Positions 22,013-33,758 of a stretch of DNA of 64,000 nt are shown piece after piece. The position numbers were made by a program, and so were the translations under genes. Under the pieces are notes generated by a model. It was given only the letters and a program-made list of their open reading frames with translations. It was not told where the DNA came from and searched no databases. Source of the DNA: Escherichia coli (lineage in GTDB: Bacteria > Pseudomonadota > Gammaproteobacteria > Enterobacterales > Enterobacteriaceae). Position 1 is the first letter of the stretch, and each line of letters opens with the position of its first letter. Where the stretch lies: the NCBI RefSeq assembly GCF_017348835.2, contig NZ_CP071375.1; one strand, 5' to 3'.

Positions 22013-23086
22013 TTAGTGACCAATCATTGGCGCTTGTGGAATTAAGCGTCGGTACAATTCATCCGGTACCGGGCTTTGCCATACTCCCGCATACATTGCG
22101 TAACCAATCACCGCAAACATAATCCCCAGAACCAGTAGCGTCATTAACCAGCCAGACAACGCAAAAGCTTTTTTATTTGCCGCAGGTTTTTGCAGTGAAA
22201 AGGTCAATGTTGAGGCTACCGGACATGACTCTACGCAAGTCATACAGCCGGTACATTCCACTGTTCGTACCTGAATTAATTTATCTACCGGGATCCGTGA
22301 TGGGCAATTTTTTGCGCATTTGCCACAATCGATACAACTTTCGGCATTGCGACGAATCTTAAACGGCGACAATAGCGAAACCACGCCCATCAGCGCGCCA
22401 TATGGGCAAAGATAACGACACCAGGCATGGCGAATAAACAGGCTGGCAATCAGCAAAACAGTCACGCTGATTAATGTCGCGGTCCCCATATGACGAAAGA
22501 AATCGAGCATTTTAACGTCCATCACCACGCTGTAGGGCGACAACATAAAATAGTGAATCGCCTGAGCGGGCATCAATAACGCGATATAGAGAAAAAAACT
22601 CAACAGCAAATACTTTACACCGCGCAGAGGAATATCCAGCCAGCGGGGAAGGACACATTGCCGACCAAACAGTTTGTTACCGAGAGCGCCGATTAATTCA
22701 GAAAGCGTACCAACCGGGCATAACCATGAGCAAAAGGCCTTTTTGAGTAATAGACTGATGACGATAAAAGCGACCAATAACAGCATCGCGGCGGCGTGGA
22801 CGGACGGTAACTGACCTGTTGCAAGGCTATATTTCAGATTCATCAGACCGGCAATCGGTAGCCAGCCTTCTATACCTCCCGGTCTGGCGACAAATATCGT
22901 ACTACCTGCCGTTTCGTAATAGCGCACCCAATACCAGAACGTGATGGCAATATAAATATTCATTGCCAACAGTAATAATTGCGTCGCTTTACGCCAGGTC
23001 GTGGCATTGCGCCAGTCATTCCACGGTAATTTGCCGCCCGTCGTGCCTGGCCGCCGCTGCCAGCGGGTTCTTTTATTCTCTGCCAT
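22013..23086 (-). CDS. yccM: 4Fe-4S ferredoxin-type membrane protein YccM (357 aa)
   Basis: Polytopic protein with two CxxCxxCxxxCP clusters. Confidence 0.9.
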   Translation of the reverse strand: MAENKRTRWQRRPGTTGGKLPWNDWRNATTWRKATQLLLLAMNIYIAITFWYWVRYYETAGSTIFVARPGGIEGWLPIAGLMNLKYSLATGQLPSVHAAAMLLLVAFIVISLLLKKAFCSWLCPVGTLSELIGALGNKLFGRQCVLPRWLDIPLRGVKYLLLSFFLYIALLMPAQAIHYFMLSPYSVVMDVKMLDFFRHMGTATLISVTVLLIASLFIRHAWCRYLCPYGALMGVVSLLSPFKIRRNAESCIDCGKCAKNCPSRIPVDKLIQVRTVECTGCMTCVESCPVASTLTFSLQKPAANKKAFALSGWLMTLLVLGIMFAVIGYAMYAGVWQSPVPDELYRRLIPQAPMIGH

Positions 23087-23157
23087 GATTTTGCCAGTCC
23101 GTTAAGTTGCATACCAAATGCCACTATTCTAGTTGTTCTTAACTGGCTGATATTGAT

Positions 23158-25902
23158 TCAAATCGCGTTCAGGTCTTTCTTATGCAACCATGCTTCAAGA
23201 GCGGCAACACTGCGTGTAATTTCTTCGTGTGGAAGGGGGGCAGATAATGGCTGCTGCTCCAGTTGTGCGCATAGCTGACTGGCGCTACGCATTCCCAGAC
23301 TCGAGCAACTGCTTTTTAGCTGATGCGCGGCACGCTTTATTTTATCGCTATCCTGACTGGCGCGGGCAATGTCGATTTCATCGAGAAGCGGCAGGGCATG
23401 TTGTGTAAATAATACCAGCCATTCGTGGATCTTCTCCGTCCCCATTAACTGAGCATCTTCATTGAGTTGCGATACATCCAGCGATTGATCGTTATTGACT
23501 TGCAGTTGGAGATAGTGCGCCAGTAACTGACCGAGCACTTCACGCGGCACCGGTTTAGGGATAATCCCGCGGAATAATGAACTGGTACGCTGGCGCAGCG
23601 TTTCGTCAATGACATGGGCGCTAAAGCCAATCAAAACCAGCGACGGATATTGCTGTGCCAGTTGTCGGGCAAGCGTAATGCCGTCGATATCCGGCAGATC
23701 AAAATCCACCAGTGCGGCAGCAAACGGTTCGCTATTTTGCAGTGTCTCTAAAGCCTGCGCGGCATTGCCAATAGCAACAACCTGCGCACCACTGGTGTTC
23801 AGCATCTCAACGGTAATTCGCTGGGTTAGCGGGTTATCTTCAATTAACAGCAAACGTAAACCGTCAAGACGCACCGCCTGATTGGCTGTTTTTGGCACGG
23901 GTGCAGTGGCAACACGTAACGGCAAGCGTAAACAAAAACAGCTTCCAACCTCCGGCGTGCTGGTGGCGCTCAGTTCGCCGCCCATCGCCTGGGCCAGACG
24001 GCTACTGATAGTCAGCCCCAGCCCGGTGCCGCCGCGTTTGCCGCTTACCTGCACAAATGGCTGGAAGATTTCTGCCAGTTTCGCGGGATCAATACCGCAG
24101 CCGCTGTCTTCCACTTCGACCAGCCATTGCTCGCCATCAGTGCGGCTACGTAAAACGATCTGCCCTTCGTCAGTAAAACGTAGGGCGTTGCTCAACAGGT
24201 TGGTTATAACCTGACGAATACGTCGCGGATCGCCCATTAACGCAGTCGGTACATCGTCGGCCATTTCAGTTGTCAGGCGAATCGGCCGACCTTTCACCCG
24301 TCCGCTCATTAATTGCAGGGTACTTTCCAGCAGCGGGCGCGGTTCAAAGGGTTCATCGCTGACCGAAACATTCTTGCCACCTGCTTCGATAGCCGAATAA
24401 TCGAGAATATCGTTGAGGATGGTCAGCAACGATTCGCCAGAGTCGGTAATCGCCCGCAAATCATCACGCTGGGCGTTAAGTGCGGGGTTATCTGCCAGCA
24501 GTTGAGCAGTGCCGAGAATACCGTACAGCGGTGTGCGGATCTCATGGCTCATCGCCGCCAGAAACGCCGATTTTGCCTGGCTGGCTTTTTCTGCTTCCGC
24601 CCGTGCCTGTCGGTGTTCTATCACCAGTTCCTGCAATTCAGCTGTACGCGCTTTGACCTGCGCCGCCAGCTGTTCGCGGTGGCGATTCAGTGCATGAACA
24701 CTGCTGCGAAACGCATCCATCAGCCGCCCGATGGTATCCAGCTCCCGTACGCCAGCGGTTTCCGGGAAAGGGGAGTCAATATCACCGTCCAGCAGCCGTT
24801 GCAGCGCCTGCGTTTGTTCGGCAAGTGGACGCGTGACTGAGCGATAAACCACGCGCCAGAGGATCAGAATCAGTGCGCAAAGTGAAACCATCCCCAGCAA
24901 TAACAGGCTGTATTGCCCGCGTGCACTGGCTTTTTCCAGATGCGCCAGTCCATGCTGATTGCGCAGCTCAATGGTGTCGACCAGCTGACTGACTTCGCTA
25001 CTAAACTGCGCGAACTGGGCGATATTATTTTGGGCGAGAGTTTGCAGGTGATTGCTGATTTCACTGTCCTGCTGGAACAGCGCCAGCAAATCGCTATATT
25101 GGCTAACGGTAGTTAACGTTGTTGCGACCTGAGCACGAACTCCCGGATCTTCAATGCGTATTTGCCGACGTTGCAGAATTTTCACCGCATTATTGAGCTG
25201 CTTTTCCAGCGTTGGTGCATTTTTCTGGATCTGCTCCAGCCCCAGATTCATCACCATTTGCTGCACCCGCAGAGCGCTAAGGCGCAGTTCATTCATCTGG
25301 TTAACATACTCAAGATCGATATCAATCAGCCGATCGAGTGCACTTTCTGCGGCCTGACGCTGATCTTGTTCGATCAAATCGTAAATCCCGGCCTGGGTCG
25401 CTCCGGCGGAGGTTGCCGCATTATTCGCCTGACCTTGCGCCAGGCGTGCGATCTCATCGGCGGCGGCGACTATCTGCTGACTGAGTCGCTGTTGTTGCTG
25501 GCGCAGTTGCAAACGCTGCCCCACCAGTTCCCCTTGCTGACGTAATGAACGGGAGATCTCCTGCTCCTGTTGTTCAATAGCGGTGGTATCAAAACCTTGT
25601 TCCCGTAACGCTTGCAGCAACGCATTAATCTTCAGGCTTTGTGCGGTGAGCATTCGCCCCTGCGCCTGCCACATCTTTTCGTTATCGGCACTGGTCAGGT
25701 TCTGCGCGGCGAAAAGTTCCCAGGCGCTGGCTTCGCTCAACTGGCGCGCCATATTCATGGTAGGAATCAATGCCTGAGTGTTGTCTTTTTCCACCTGGCT
25801 GATAAAGCGCAGGTTGTACCATCCCACCAGGGTACTGGTCAGGGTTAACAGCGCCATCAGGGCAAAGCCCATCCAGAGTCTTCGGGTCAGGGTTAAATTC
25901 AC
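23158..25902 (-). CDS. torS: TMAO sensor hybrid histidine kinase TorS (914 aa, GTG start)
   Basis: K-12 start (V)[12 protein letters not shown] at GTG 25902. Contains an H-box SHEIRTPL, a receiver domain and an HPt domain. The track start at 26109 is over-extended. Confidence 0.93.
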   Translation of the reverse strand: MNLTLTRRLWMGFALMALLTLTSTLVGWYNLRFISQVEKDNTQALIPTMNMARQLSEASAWELFAAQNLTSADNEKMWQAQGRMLTAQSLKINALLQALREQGFDTTAIEQQEQEISRSLRQQGELVGQRLQLRQQQQRLSQQIVAAADEIARLAQGQANNAATSAGATQAGIYDLIEQDQRQAAESALDRLIDIDLEYVNQMNELRLSALRVQQMVMNLGLEQIQKNAPTLEKQLNNAVKILQRRQIRIEDPGVRAQVATTLTTVSQYSDLLALFQQDSEISNHLQTLAQNNIAQFAQFSSEVSQLVDTIELRNQHGLAHLEKASARGQYSLLLLGMVSLCALILILWRVVYRSVTRPLAEQTQALQRLLDGDIDSPFPETAGVRELDTIGRLMDAFRSSVHALNRHREQLAAQVKARTAELQELVIEHRQARAEAEKASQAKSAFLAAMSHEIRTPLYGILGTAQLLADNPALNAQRDDLRAITDSGESLLTILNDILDYSAIEAGGKNVSVSDEPFEPRPLLESTLQLMSGRVKGRPIRLTTEMADDVPTALMGDPRRIRQVITNLLSNALRFTDEGQIVLRSRTDGEQWLVEVEDSGCGIDPAKLAEIFQPFVQVSGKRGGTGLGLTISSRLAQAMGGELSATSTPEVGSCFCLRLPLRVATAPVPKTANQAVRLDGLRLLLIEDNPLTQRITVEMLNTSGAQVVAIGNAAQALETLQNSEPFAAALVDFDLPDIDGITLARQLAQQYPSLVLIGFSAHVIDETLRQRTSSLFRGIIPKPVPREVLGQLLAHYLQLQVNNDQSLDVSQLNEDAQLMGTEKIHEWLVLFTQHALPLLDEIDIARASQDSDKIKRAAHQLKSSCSSLGMRSASQLCAQLEQQPLSAPLPHEEITRSVAALEAWLHKKDLNAI

Positions 25903-25984
25903 GGTCGGTGCACTTAAGGTGAAAAAAGTTGAGTCGCAAAGCGGAATGCATCTAGCATAAAGCCTTATTATTGATGAGGCTATC

Positions 25985-27013
25985 ATGCGCGTACTGCTAT
26001 TTTTACTTCTTTCCCTTTTCATGTTGCCGGCATTTTCGGCTGATAACCTGTTGCGCTGGCATGATGCGCAGCATTTCACGGTGCAAGCCTCTATGCCGCT
26101 TAAAGCCAAACGCGCATGGAAACTGTGCGCGCTTTATCCCAGCCTGAAAGATTCATACTGGTTATCGTTGAACTATGGTATGCAGGAGGCAGCTCGCCGC
26201 TATGGTGTGGATTTAAAAGTGCTGGAGGCAGGCGGCTACAGCCAGTTGGCTACCCAGCAAGCACAAATCGACCAGTGTAAACAGTGGGGCGCAGAGGCCA
26301 TTTTACTCGGTAGTAGCACGACCTCATTTCCCGATCTGCAAAAGCAGGTAGCAAATCTGCCGGTGATCGAACTGGTAAATGCTCTTGATGATCCCCAGGT
26401 GAAAAGCCGCGTTGGTGTGCCCTGGTTTCAGATGGGCTATCAACCTGGGCGATATTTGGTGCAATGGGCGCACGGTAAACCACTGAACGTGCTGTTGATG
26501 CCCGGACCCGATAACGCCGGGGGCAGTAAAGAGATGGTCGAGGGTTTTCGCGCAGCCATTGACGGAAGCCCGGTGCGTATTGTTGATATTGCGCTTGGTG
26601 ATAACGATATTGAAATCCAGCGTAACCTGTTGCAGGAGATGCTGGAACGCCATCCAGAAATCGACGTCGTTGCTGGAACGGCCATTGCGGCAGAGGCGGC
26701 AATGGGGGAAGGGCGTAACCTGAAAACGCCGCTTACCGTGGTGTCGTTTTATCTTTCACATCAGGTGTATCGCGGGCTGAAGCGGGGAAGAGTGATTATG
26801 GCTGCCAGCGATCAAATGGTCTGGCAGGGGGAACTGGCAGTTGAGCAGGCCATCAGGCAATTACAGGGGCAATCGGTGTCTGATAATGTCAGCCCACCGA
26901 TTTTAGTTCTGACGCCGAAAAATGCCGACCGAGAACATATCCGCCGCTCGCTGTCACCGGGGGGATTTCGTCCGGTCTATTTTTATCAGCACACATCAGC
27001 GGCTAAGAAATAA
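25985..27013 (+). CDS. torT: periplasmic TMAO-binding protein TorT
   Basis: 342 aa with a signal peptide, adjacent to torS and torR. Confidence 0.93.
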   Translation: MRVLLFLLLSLFMLPAFSADNLLRWHDAQHFTVQASMPLKAKRAWKLCALYPSLKDSYWLSLNYGMQEAARRYGVDLKVLEAGGYSQLATQQAQIDQCKQWGAEAILLGSSTTSFPDLQKQVANLPVIELVNALDDPQVKSRVGVPWFQMGYQPGRYLVQWAHGKPLNVLLMPGPDNAGGSKEMVEGFRAAIDGSPVRIVDIALGDNDIEIQRNLLQEMLERHPEIDVVAGTAIAAEAAMGEGRNLKTPLTVVSFYLSHQVYRGLKRGRVIMAASDQMVWQGELAVEQAIRQLQGQSVSDNVSPPILVLTPKNADREHIRRSLSPGGFRPVYFYQHTSAAKK

Positions 27014-27678
27014 CCTTCGCCATGTTGTGTCACCAGTAAATCCGCGCTGAGTTTATGGCGTAAACGACGAATTAACACATCGACGGTGCGCAGGTCAGGG
27101 TTTTCCACCCGACGCGCAGAAAGCATACGTAGCAGACGTTCACGGCTGAGAATTTCGCCCGGATTCGTCACAAATGCCACCAACATTTCATACTCTGCGC
27201 GGGTCAGTTTAATCGGCTCGCCATCCCGCTCCAGCGTATGGCGCGACACATTCAGGCAATAACCGGCAAAGCGATAGCAGTTGTCCTGAGTGAGCGGTTG
27301 AGCTTGTCGCGCGAGGTCGATTCGCCAGAGCAGATTTTTTACCCGTACTACCAGTTCGCGCAGTTCCAGCGGTTTGGTGACGTAATCGTCTGCGCCCATT
27401 TCCAGCCCAACAATACGGTCAATCCGATCGCTGCGTCCGGTAACCAGAATAATCCCCACCGTTGAGCGTTCTCGCAGGGCGCGGGTTAACATCAGGCCAT
27501 TTTCATCGGGCAAGTTGATATCCAGCAGAATTAAATCCACCGGCTGATTCTGCATAATTTCCCGTAGCCCGGCACCGCTCGCCGTAACGGAAACGGTATA
27601 CCCCTCCTGAGTGAAGTAGGATTGTAATCGCGCCTGGGTAACCGGCTCATCTTCAACAATAACAATGTGATGTGGCAT
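26986..27678 (-). CDS. torR: OmpR-family response regulator TorR
   Basis: 230 aa with receiver and winged-helix domains. Its 3' end overlaps the torT 3' end by 28 bp. Confidence 0.93.
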   Translation of the reverse strand: MPHHIVIVEDEPVTQARLQSYFTQEGYTVSVTASGAGLREIMQNQPVDLILLDINLPDENGLMLTRALRERSTVGIILVTGRSDRIDRIVGLEMGADDYVTKPLELRELVVRVKNLLWRIDLARQAQPLTQDNCYRFAGYCLNVSRHTLERDGEPIKLTRAEYEMLVAFVTNPGEILSRERLLRMLSARRVENPDLRTVDVLIRRLRHKLSADLLVTQHGEGYFLAADVC

Positions 27679-27696
27679 CAGAGGGTTTTACTCATT

Positions 27697-27759
27697 CTGT
27701 TCATATCTGTTCATATTCTGCCGTAAGCCATTCATCCTGACCAGTGCCGCTGTTCATAT
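27697..27759. promoter_or_regulatory. torCAD promoter with TorR-binding tor boxes
   Basis: CTGTTCATAT occurs at 27697, 27707 and 27750, and a degenerate ccattcatcc at 28 bp further on (27728). This is the known four-box arrangement. Confidence 0.85.
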
Positions 27760-27807
27760 TTGCTCATTAAGATCGCTTCACTAAACCATAATTTTACAGG
27801 GGCTATT

Positions 27808-28980
27808 ATGCGGAAACTCTGGAACGCGCTACGCCGACCCAGTGCTCGTTGGTCGGTACTGGCGCTGGTCGCTATTGGGATTGTGATTGGCATTGCGCTG
27901 ATTGTATTGCCACACGTTGGGATCAAAGTCACCAGCACAACCGAATTTTGTGTCAGTTGCCACAGTATGCAACCGGTGTATGAAGAATATAAACAGTCGG
28001 TGCATTTCCAGAACGCCTCCGGCGTGCGAGCTGAATGCCATGACTGTCATATCCCGCCGGATATTCCAGGCATGGTGAAGCGCAAACTGGAAGCGAGCAA
28101 CGACATTTACCAGACCTTTATTGCCCACTCCATTGATACACCTGAAAAATTCGAAGCCAAACGCGCGGAACTTGCCGAGCGTGAATGGGCGCGAATGAAA
28201 GAAAACAACTCGGCAACCTGCCGCTCCTGCCATAACTACGACGCGATGGATCATGCGAAGCAGCATCCTGAAGCGGCACGTCAGATGAAGGTGGCAGCGA
28301 AAGATAATCAATCCTGCATCGACTGTCATAAAGGTATTGCCCACCAGTTACCGGATATGAGTAGCGGCTTCCGTAAGCAGTTCGATGAGCTGCGCGCCGG
28401 TGCTAATGACAGTGGCGACAGGCTGTACTCTATTGATATTAAGCCGATTTATGCGGCGAAAGGCGATAAAGAAGCCTCTGGTTCTCTGCTGCCTGCCTCG
28501 GAAGTGAAAGTCCTTAAACGTGACGGCGACTGGCTGCAAATTGAAATTACCGGCTGGACAGAAAGCGCCGGACGTCAGCGTGTACTCACCCAATTCCCAG
28601 GTAAACGCATCTTTGTTGCCTCGATTCGTGGTGATGTGCAGCAGCAGGTGAAAACGCTGGAGAAAACCACCGTTGCCGACACCAATACCGAGTGGAGCAA
28701 GTTGCAAGCCACCGCGTGGATGAAGAAAGGTGACATGGTGAACGATATCAAACCGATCTGGGCTTATGCGGATTCGCTGTACAACGGCACCTGTAACCAG
28801 TGCCACGGCGCACCGGAAATCTCTCACTTTGACGCGAACGGTTGGATCGGCACGCTCAACGGCATGATTGGCTTTACCAGCCTCGATAAACGTGAAGAAC
28901 GCACCTTGTTGAAATATCTGCAAATGAATGCGTCTGACACCGCAGGTAAAGCTCACGGCGATAAGAAGGAAGAAAAATAA
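27808..28980 (+). CDS. torC: pentahaem c-type cytochrome TorC (390 aa)
   Basis: Five CxxCH motifs. K-12 start MRKLWNALRRP at 27808. Confidence 0.93.
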   Translation: MRKLWNALRRPSARWSVLALVAIGIVIGIALIVLPHVGIKVTSTTEFCVSCHSMQPVYEEYKQSVHFQNASGVRAECHDCHIPPDIPGMVKRKLEASNDIYQTFIAHSIDTPEKFEAKRAELAEREWARMKENNSATCRSCHNYDAMDHAKQHPEAARQMKVAAKDNQSCIDCHKGIAHQLPDMSSGFRKQFDELRAGANDSGDRLYSIDIKPIYAAKGDKEASGSLLPASEVKVLKRDGDWLQIEITGWTESAGRQRVLTQFPGKRIFVASIRGDVQQQVKTLEKTTVADTNTEWSKLQATAWMKKGDMVNDIKPIWAYADSLYNGTCNQCHGAPEISHFDANGWIGTLNGMIGFTSLDKREERTLLKYLQMNASDTAGKAHGDKKEEK

Positions 28981-31526
28981 TGAACAATAACGATCTCTTT
29001 CAGGCATCACGTCGGCGTTTTCTGGCACAACTCGGCGGCTTAACTGTCGCCGGGATGCTGGGGCCGTCATTGTTAACGCCGCGCCGTGCGACTGCGGCGC
29101 AAGCGGCGACTGAGGCTGTCATCTCGAAAGAGGGCATTCTTACTGGGTCGCACTGGGGGGCTATCCGCGCGACGATGAAGGATGGTCGCTTTGTGGCGGC
29201 AAAACCATTCGAACTGGATAAATATCCGTCGAAAATGATCGCCGGATTGCCGGACCACGTACACAACGCGGCGCGTATTCGTTATCCGATGGTACGCGTG
29301 GACTGGCTGCGTAAGCGCCATCTGAGCGACACCTCCCAGCGCGGTGATAACCGTTTTGTGCGCGTGAGCTGGGATGAAGCCCTCGACATGTTCTATGAAG
29401 AACTGGAACGCGTACAGAAAACTCACGGGCCGAGTGCCTTGCTGACCGCCAGTGGTTGGCAATCGACGGGGATGTTCCATAACACTTCGGGGATGCTGGC
29501 GAAAGCTATTGCCTTGCATGGTAATAGCGTTGGTACGGGTGGGGATTACTCTACCGGTGCTGCGCAGGTGATCCTGCCGCGCGTGGTTGGCTCAATGGAA
29601 GTGTATGAACAGCAAACCTCCTGGCCGCTGGTATTGCAGAACAGCAAAACCATTGTGCTGTGGGGCTCCGATTTGCTGAAAAACCAGCAAGCGAACTGGT
29701 GGTGCCCGGATCACGATGTTTATGAATATTACGAGCAGTTGAAAGCGAAAGTCGCCGCCGGTGAAATTGAGGTCATCAGCATCGATCCGGTTGTTACATC
29801 CACCCATGAGTATCTGGGGCGCGAGCATGTGAAGCACATTGCGGTTAACCCGCAAACTGACGTGCCGCTGCAACTGGCGCTGGCGCATACGCTGTACAGT
29901 GAAAACCTGTACGACAAAAACTTCCTCGCTAACTACTGTGTGGGTTTTGAGCAGTTCCTGCCGTATCTGCTGGGCGAGAAAGACGGTCAGCCGAAAGATG
30001 CCGCATGGGCTGAAAAACTGACCGGCATTGATGCCGAAACCATTCGTGGGCTGGCGCGGCAGATGGCGGCGAACAGAACGCAGATTATTGCTGGCTGGTG
30101 CGTACAGCGTATGCAGCACGGTGAACAGTGGGCGTGGATGATTGTGGTTCTGGCGGCGATGCTGGGGCAAATTGGCCTGCCAGGTGGTGGCTTTGGTTTT
30201 GGCTGGCACTATAACGGCGCAGGCACGCCGGGGCGTAAAGGCGTTATTCTGAGTGGTTTCTCCGGCTCTACGTCGATTCCGCCTGTTCACGACAACAGTG
30301 ACTACAAAGGCTACAGCAGCACCATTCCGATTGCCCGTTTTATCGATGCGATCCTCGAACCGGGGAAAGTGATCAACTGGAACGGTAAATCGGTAAAACT
30401 GCCGCCGCTGAAAATGTGTATTTTTGCCGGAACTAACCCATTCCATCGCCATCAGCAGATCAACCGCATTATTGAAGGCTGGCGCAAGCTGGAAACGGTT
30501 ATCGCCATAGATAACCAGTGGACCTCAACCTGCCGCTTTGCCGATATCGTGCTGCCTGCGACCACGCAGTTTGAGCGTAACGATCTCGACCAGTACGGCA
30601 ACCACTCCAACCGTGGCATTATCGCCATGAAACAGGTCGTGCCGCCGCAGTTCGAGGCGCGCAACGACTTTGATATTTTCCGCGAGCTGTGCCGCCGCTT
30701 TAATCGCGAAGAAGCCTTTACCGAAGGGCTGGACGAAATGGGCTGGCTGAAACGCATCTGGCAGGAAGGTGTTCAGCAAGGCAAAGGACGCGGCGTTCAT
30801 TTGCCAGCGTTTGATGACTTCTGGAATAACAAAGAGTACGTCGAGTTTGACCATCCGCAGATGTTTGTTCGCCACCAGGCATTCCGCGAAGATCCGGATC
30901 TCGAACCGCTGGGCACGCCGAGTGGCCTGATTGAGATCTACTCGAAAACCATCGCCGATATGAACTACGACGATTGTCAGGGGCATCCGATGTGGTTTGA
31001 GAAAATCGAACGCTCCCACGGTGGGCCCGGCTCGCAGACGTATCCGTTGCATCTGCAATCTGTTCATCCGGATTTCCGACTTCACTCGCAGTTATGTGAG
31101 TCGGAAACTCTGCGTCAGCAATATACGGTAGCGGGTAAAGAGCCAGTGTTCATTAACCCGCAGGATGCCAGCGCGCGCGGTATTCGTAACGGTGATGTGG
31201 TACGCGTCTTTAACGCTCGCGGTCAGGTGTTGGCAGGGGCAGTAGTTTCTGACCGCTATGCACCCGGCGTGGCGCGAATTCACGAAGGGGCATGGCACGA
31301 TCCAGATAAAGGCGGCGAGCCTGGTGCGCTGTGCAAATACGGTAACCCCAACGTGTTGACCATCGACATCGGTACTTCGCAACTGGCGCAGGCGACCAGT
31401 GCGCACACTACGCTGGTGGAAATTGAGAAGTACAACGGAACAGTGGAGCAGGTAACGGCGTTTAACGGCCCCGTGGAGATGGTGGCGCAGTGCGAATATG
31501 TTCCCGCGTCGCAGGTGAAATTATGA
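28980..31526 (+). CDS. torA: TMAO reductase, molybdopterin enzyme TorA
   Basis: 848 aa with Tat signal [11 protein letters not shown]. Confidence 0.95.
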   Translation: MNNNDLFQASRRRFLAQLGGLTVAGMLGPSLLTPRRATAAQAATEAVISKEGILTGSHWGAIRATMKDGRFVAAKPFELDKYPSKMIAGLPDHVHNAARIRYPMVRVDWLRKRHLSDTSQRGDNRFVRVSWDEALDMFYEELERVQKTHGPSALLTASGWQSTGMFHNTSGMLAKAIALHGNSVGTGGDYSTGAAQVILPRVVGSMEVYEQQTSWPLVLQNSKTIVLWGSDLLKNQQANWWCPDHDVYEYYEQLKAKVAAGEIEVISIDPVVTSTHEYLGREHVKHIAVNPQTDVPLQLALAHTLYSENLYDKNFLANYCVGFEQFLPYLLGEKDGQPKDAAWAEKLTGIDAETIRGLARQMAANRTQIIAGWCVQRMQHGEQWAWMIVVLAAMLGQIGLPGGGFGFGWHYNGAGTPGRKGVILSGFSGSTSIPPVHDNSDYKGYSSTIPIARFIDAILEPGKVINWNGKSVKLPPLKMCIFAGTNPFHRHQQINRIIEGWRKLETVIAIDNQWTSTCRFADIVLPATTQFERNDLDQYGNHSNRGIIAMKQVVPPQFEARNDFDIFRELCRRFNREEAFTEGLDEMGWLKRIWQEGVQQGKGRGVHLPAFDDFWNNKEYVEFDHPQMFVRHQAFREDPDLEPLGTPSGLIEIYSKTIADMNYDDCQGHPMWFEKIERSHGGPGSQTYPLHLQSVHPDFRLHSQLCESETLRQQYTVAGKEPVFINPQDASARGIRNGDVVRVFNARGQVLAGAVVSDRYAPGVARIHEGAWHDPDKGGEPGALCKYGNPNVLTIDIGTSQLAQATSAHTTLVEIEKYNGTVEQVTAFNGPVEMVAQCEYVPASQVKL

Positions 31527-32122
31527 CCACGCTGACAGCACAACAGATAGCCTGTGTTTACGCCTGGCTGGCGCAGTTGTTCTCCCGTGAACTGGACGAT
31601 GAACAACTGACGCAAATCGCCAGTGCGCAGATGGCTGAATGGTTTTCGTTGCTGAAAAGCGAACCGCCGCTCACTGCGGCGGTGGATGAGCTGGAAAACC
31701 GTGTTGCCACTCTGACAGTACGTGACGATGCCCGTCTGGAACTGGCCGCTGACTTTTGCGGCCTGTTTCTGATGACTGACAAACAAGCGGCGCTGCCGTA
31801 TGCATCGGCCTACAAACAGGATGAGCAAGAGATTAAACGCTTGTTAGTTGAGGCAGGGATGGAAACCAGCGGCAAATTCAACGAACCGGCAGATCATCTG
31901 GCGATCTATCTCGAGTTGTTGAGTCATCTGCATTTTTCGCTGGGAGAGGGGACAGTTCCTGCGCGAAGAATCGACAGTTTGCGGCAAAAAACACTGACGG
32001 CGCTGCGGCGCTGGTTACCAGAGTTTGCTGCGCGTTGCCATCAGCATGACAGCTTTGGTTTTTACGCGGCACTAAGCCAGTTATTGCTGGTGTTAGTGGA
32101 GTGCGACCACCAAAACAGATAA
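31523..32122 (+). CDS. torD: TorA-specific chaperone TorD (199 aa)
   Basis: Start [16 protein letters not shown] at 31523. ATGA overlap with torA. Confidence 0.92.
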   Translation: MTTLTAQQIACVYAWLAQLFSRELDDEQLTQIASAQMAEWFSLLKSEPPLTAAVDELENRVATLTVRDDARLELAADFCGLFLMTDKQAALPYASAYKQDEQEIKRLLVEAGMETSGKFNEPADHLAIYLELLSHLHFSLGEGTVPARRIDSLRQKTLTALRRWLPEFAARCHQHDSFGFYAALSQLLLVLVECDHQNR

Positions 32123-32134
32123 CGTCGTTTGTTG

Positions 32135-32212
32135 GCCTGATAAGACGCGTTTAGCGTCGCATCAGGCATTAGGGCACCGCCGCCGGATGCGGCGTGAACG
32201 CCTTATCCGGCC
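32135..32212. repeat. pair of REP elements (BIME)
   Basis: gcctgataagacgcg...cgtcgcatcaggc and gccggatgcggcgtgaacgccttatccggcc. Confidence 0.8.
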
Positions 32213-32273
32213 CACAGGAACTGTAATCTTTGTAGACCGGTTAAAATGCGTCATCACATCCGGCAAACACACA

Positions 32274-32579
32274 TCACGGATGAGCTACAAACCGGGAAAG
32301 CCGCTGGCGCAGCAGGCGGTTTTCCTGCTTCAGGTGCGCAATATCATCCATTAACGTCAGCGCCACCGCGATCCCCGGCCAGTCCAGAGCCAGTTCATGA
32401 CGCAGGCGCACCGCGCGTTGCACCACGATGGCGGCATGGTCGTCAAATACCCAGGTTGTTTCCTGGATCTCACGCGGTTCAACCACCCCCAAACCGACAA
32501 TTTCATTCAATTCCTCTTCAGAGATGCCGGTATGCAGGCAAAATTCGGTAATAGTAAAAGTCACCGTAACATTAGCCAT
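32274..32579 (-). CDS. cbpM: chaperone modulator CbpM (101 aa)
   Basis: Start [13 protein letters not shown] at 32579. TAATG overlap with the cbpA stop. Confidence 0.9.
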
Positions 32580-33499
32580 TATGCTTTCCCCCAATCTTTA
32601 CGTGGATCAAAAGACGACTGGGCGTCTGCCAGTTGCTGCCACAGCGCGGCAGTGTTTTCATCCGGTTTCGGCGGCATCACGATTTTCAGTACCGCATACA
32701 GATCGCCGGTCTGTTTTTTGCTCACCAGACCTTTGCCTTTAACGCGCAATCGTTGCCCGGCCTGGCTGCCAGGCGGGATAGTCAGCAAAATGCTTTCTTT
32801 CAGTGTTGGAACGGTGACTTTAGCACCCAGCGCCGCTTCCCACGGGCTAACCGGCACCACAATTTCCAGATCCTGGCCGACAATATCAAACAGCGGATGT
32901 GGCGCAATATGAATCACCAGCCACAAATCGCCATTTGGACCGCCGTTTTCGCCCGGCGTCCCCTGGCCTTTCAGGCGGATGCGTTGACCATTGCCGACGC
33001 CTGCCGGGATCTTCACATTCAGCGTTTTCGGGATTTCCTGTTCGATCATGCCAAAGGCGTTATAAATCGGCAGGTTATAGCTGATGGTACGCTTATGCTC
33101 AGTAAGCGTTTCTTCGAGGAATACCGCCACTTCGATTTCAATATCGTGGCCGCGTGTGGCGGGGCGTTGACGGCTCTGGCGGGCATGCTGACCGAAAATT
33201 GACGAGAAGATATCGTCAAAATCTTCGGCGTTAAAACTCTGACCGTCGCCATGATGGAACTGACGGTTAAATTGCGGATCGTTGCGATGTTGCCACATCT
33301 GATCATACTCAGCGCGACGTTGTTCATCACTTAACACTTCCCAGGCTTCAGCGACCTCTTTGAAGCGGGCTTCGGCATCCGGTTCTTTGCTGACATCAGG
33401 ATGGTATTTGCGGGCCAGTCGACGATAGGCGGTCTTGATTGTCTTGAGATCGTCCGTCGGTTTCACGCCCATGATGGCGTAATAATCCTTTAATTCCAT
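32579..33499 (-). CDS. cbpA: curved-DNA-binding DnaJ homologue CbpA
   Basis: 306 aa with a J-domain and HPD motif (KYHPDVS). Confidence 0.93.
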
Positions 33500-33758
33500 A
33501 GCGTTATCTCGCGTAAATCAACACAAATTGAAGGAACCCCTGTAAGGTAACTCCTATAAGTGTAGGGTAATCCTCAAAATTTCATATGCCAACACAGAAT
33601 ATGTTATTGAAATCATCGCGGAGAGGAGGTCGCCTCAAGGTGGGGTGCTGAACATATTTTAAACAGGTGAAAAAGGGTGAGCGATTTTTGATAGTGGAAC
33701 CAGGCACTTTAAGTTTAACTGGGGCGTCATTATTTATTAAATTTTATAGGCGCTATAT

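Noticed and set aside
25903-26109. N-terminal extensions proposed by the ORF track: torS from 26109, putA from 48669, rutG from 39675, rutF from 40157, hyaA from 2609, hyaF from 7186, appA from 11084, torC from 27760, and others.
   Set aside because: Internal starts reproduce the K-12 protein N-termini as I remember them. They have properly spaced SD sequences or ATGA/TAATG coupling, and the extensions run through promoter or operator DNA.
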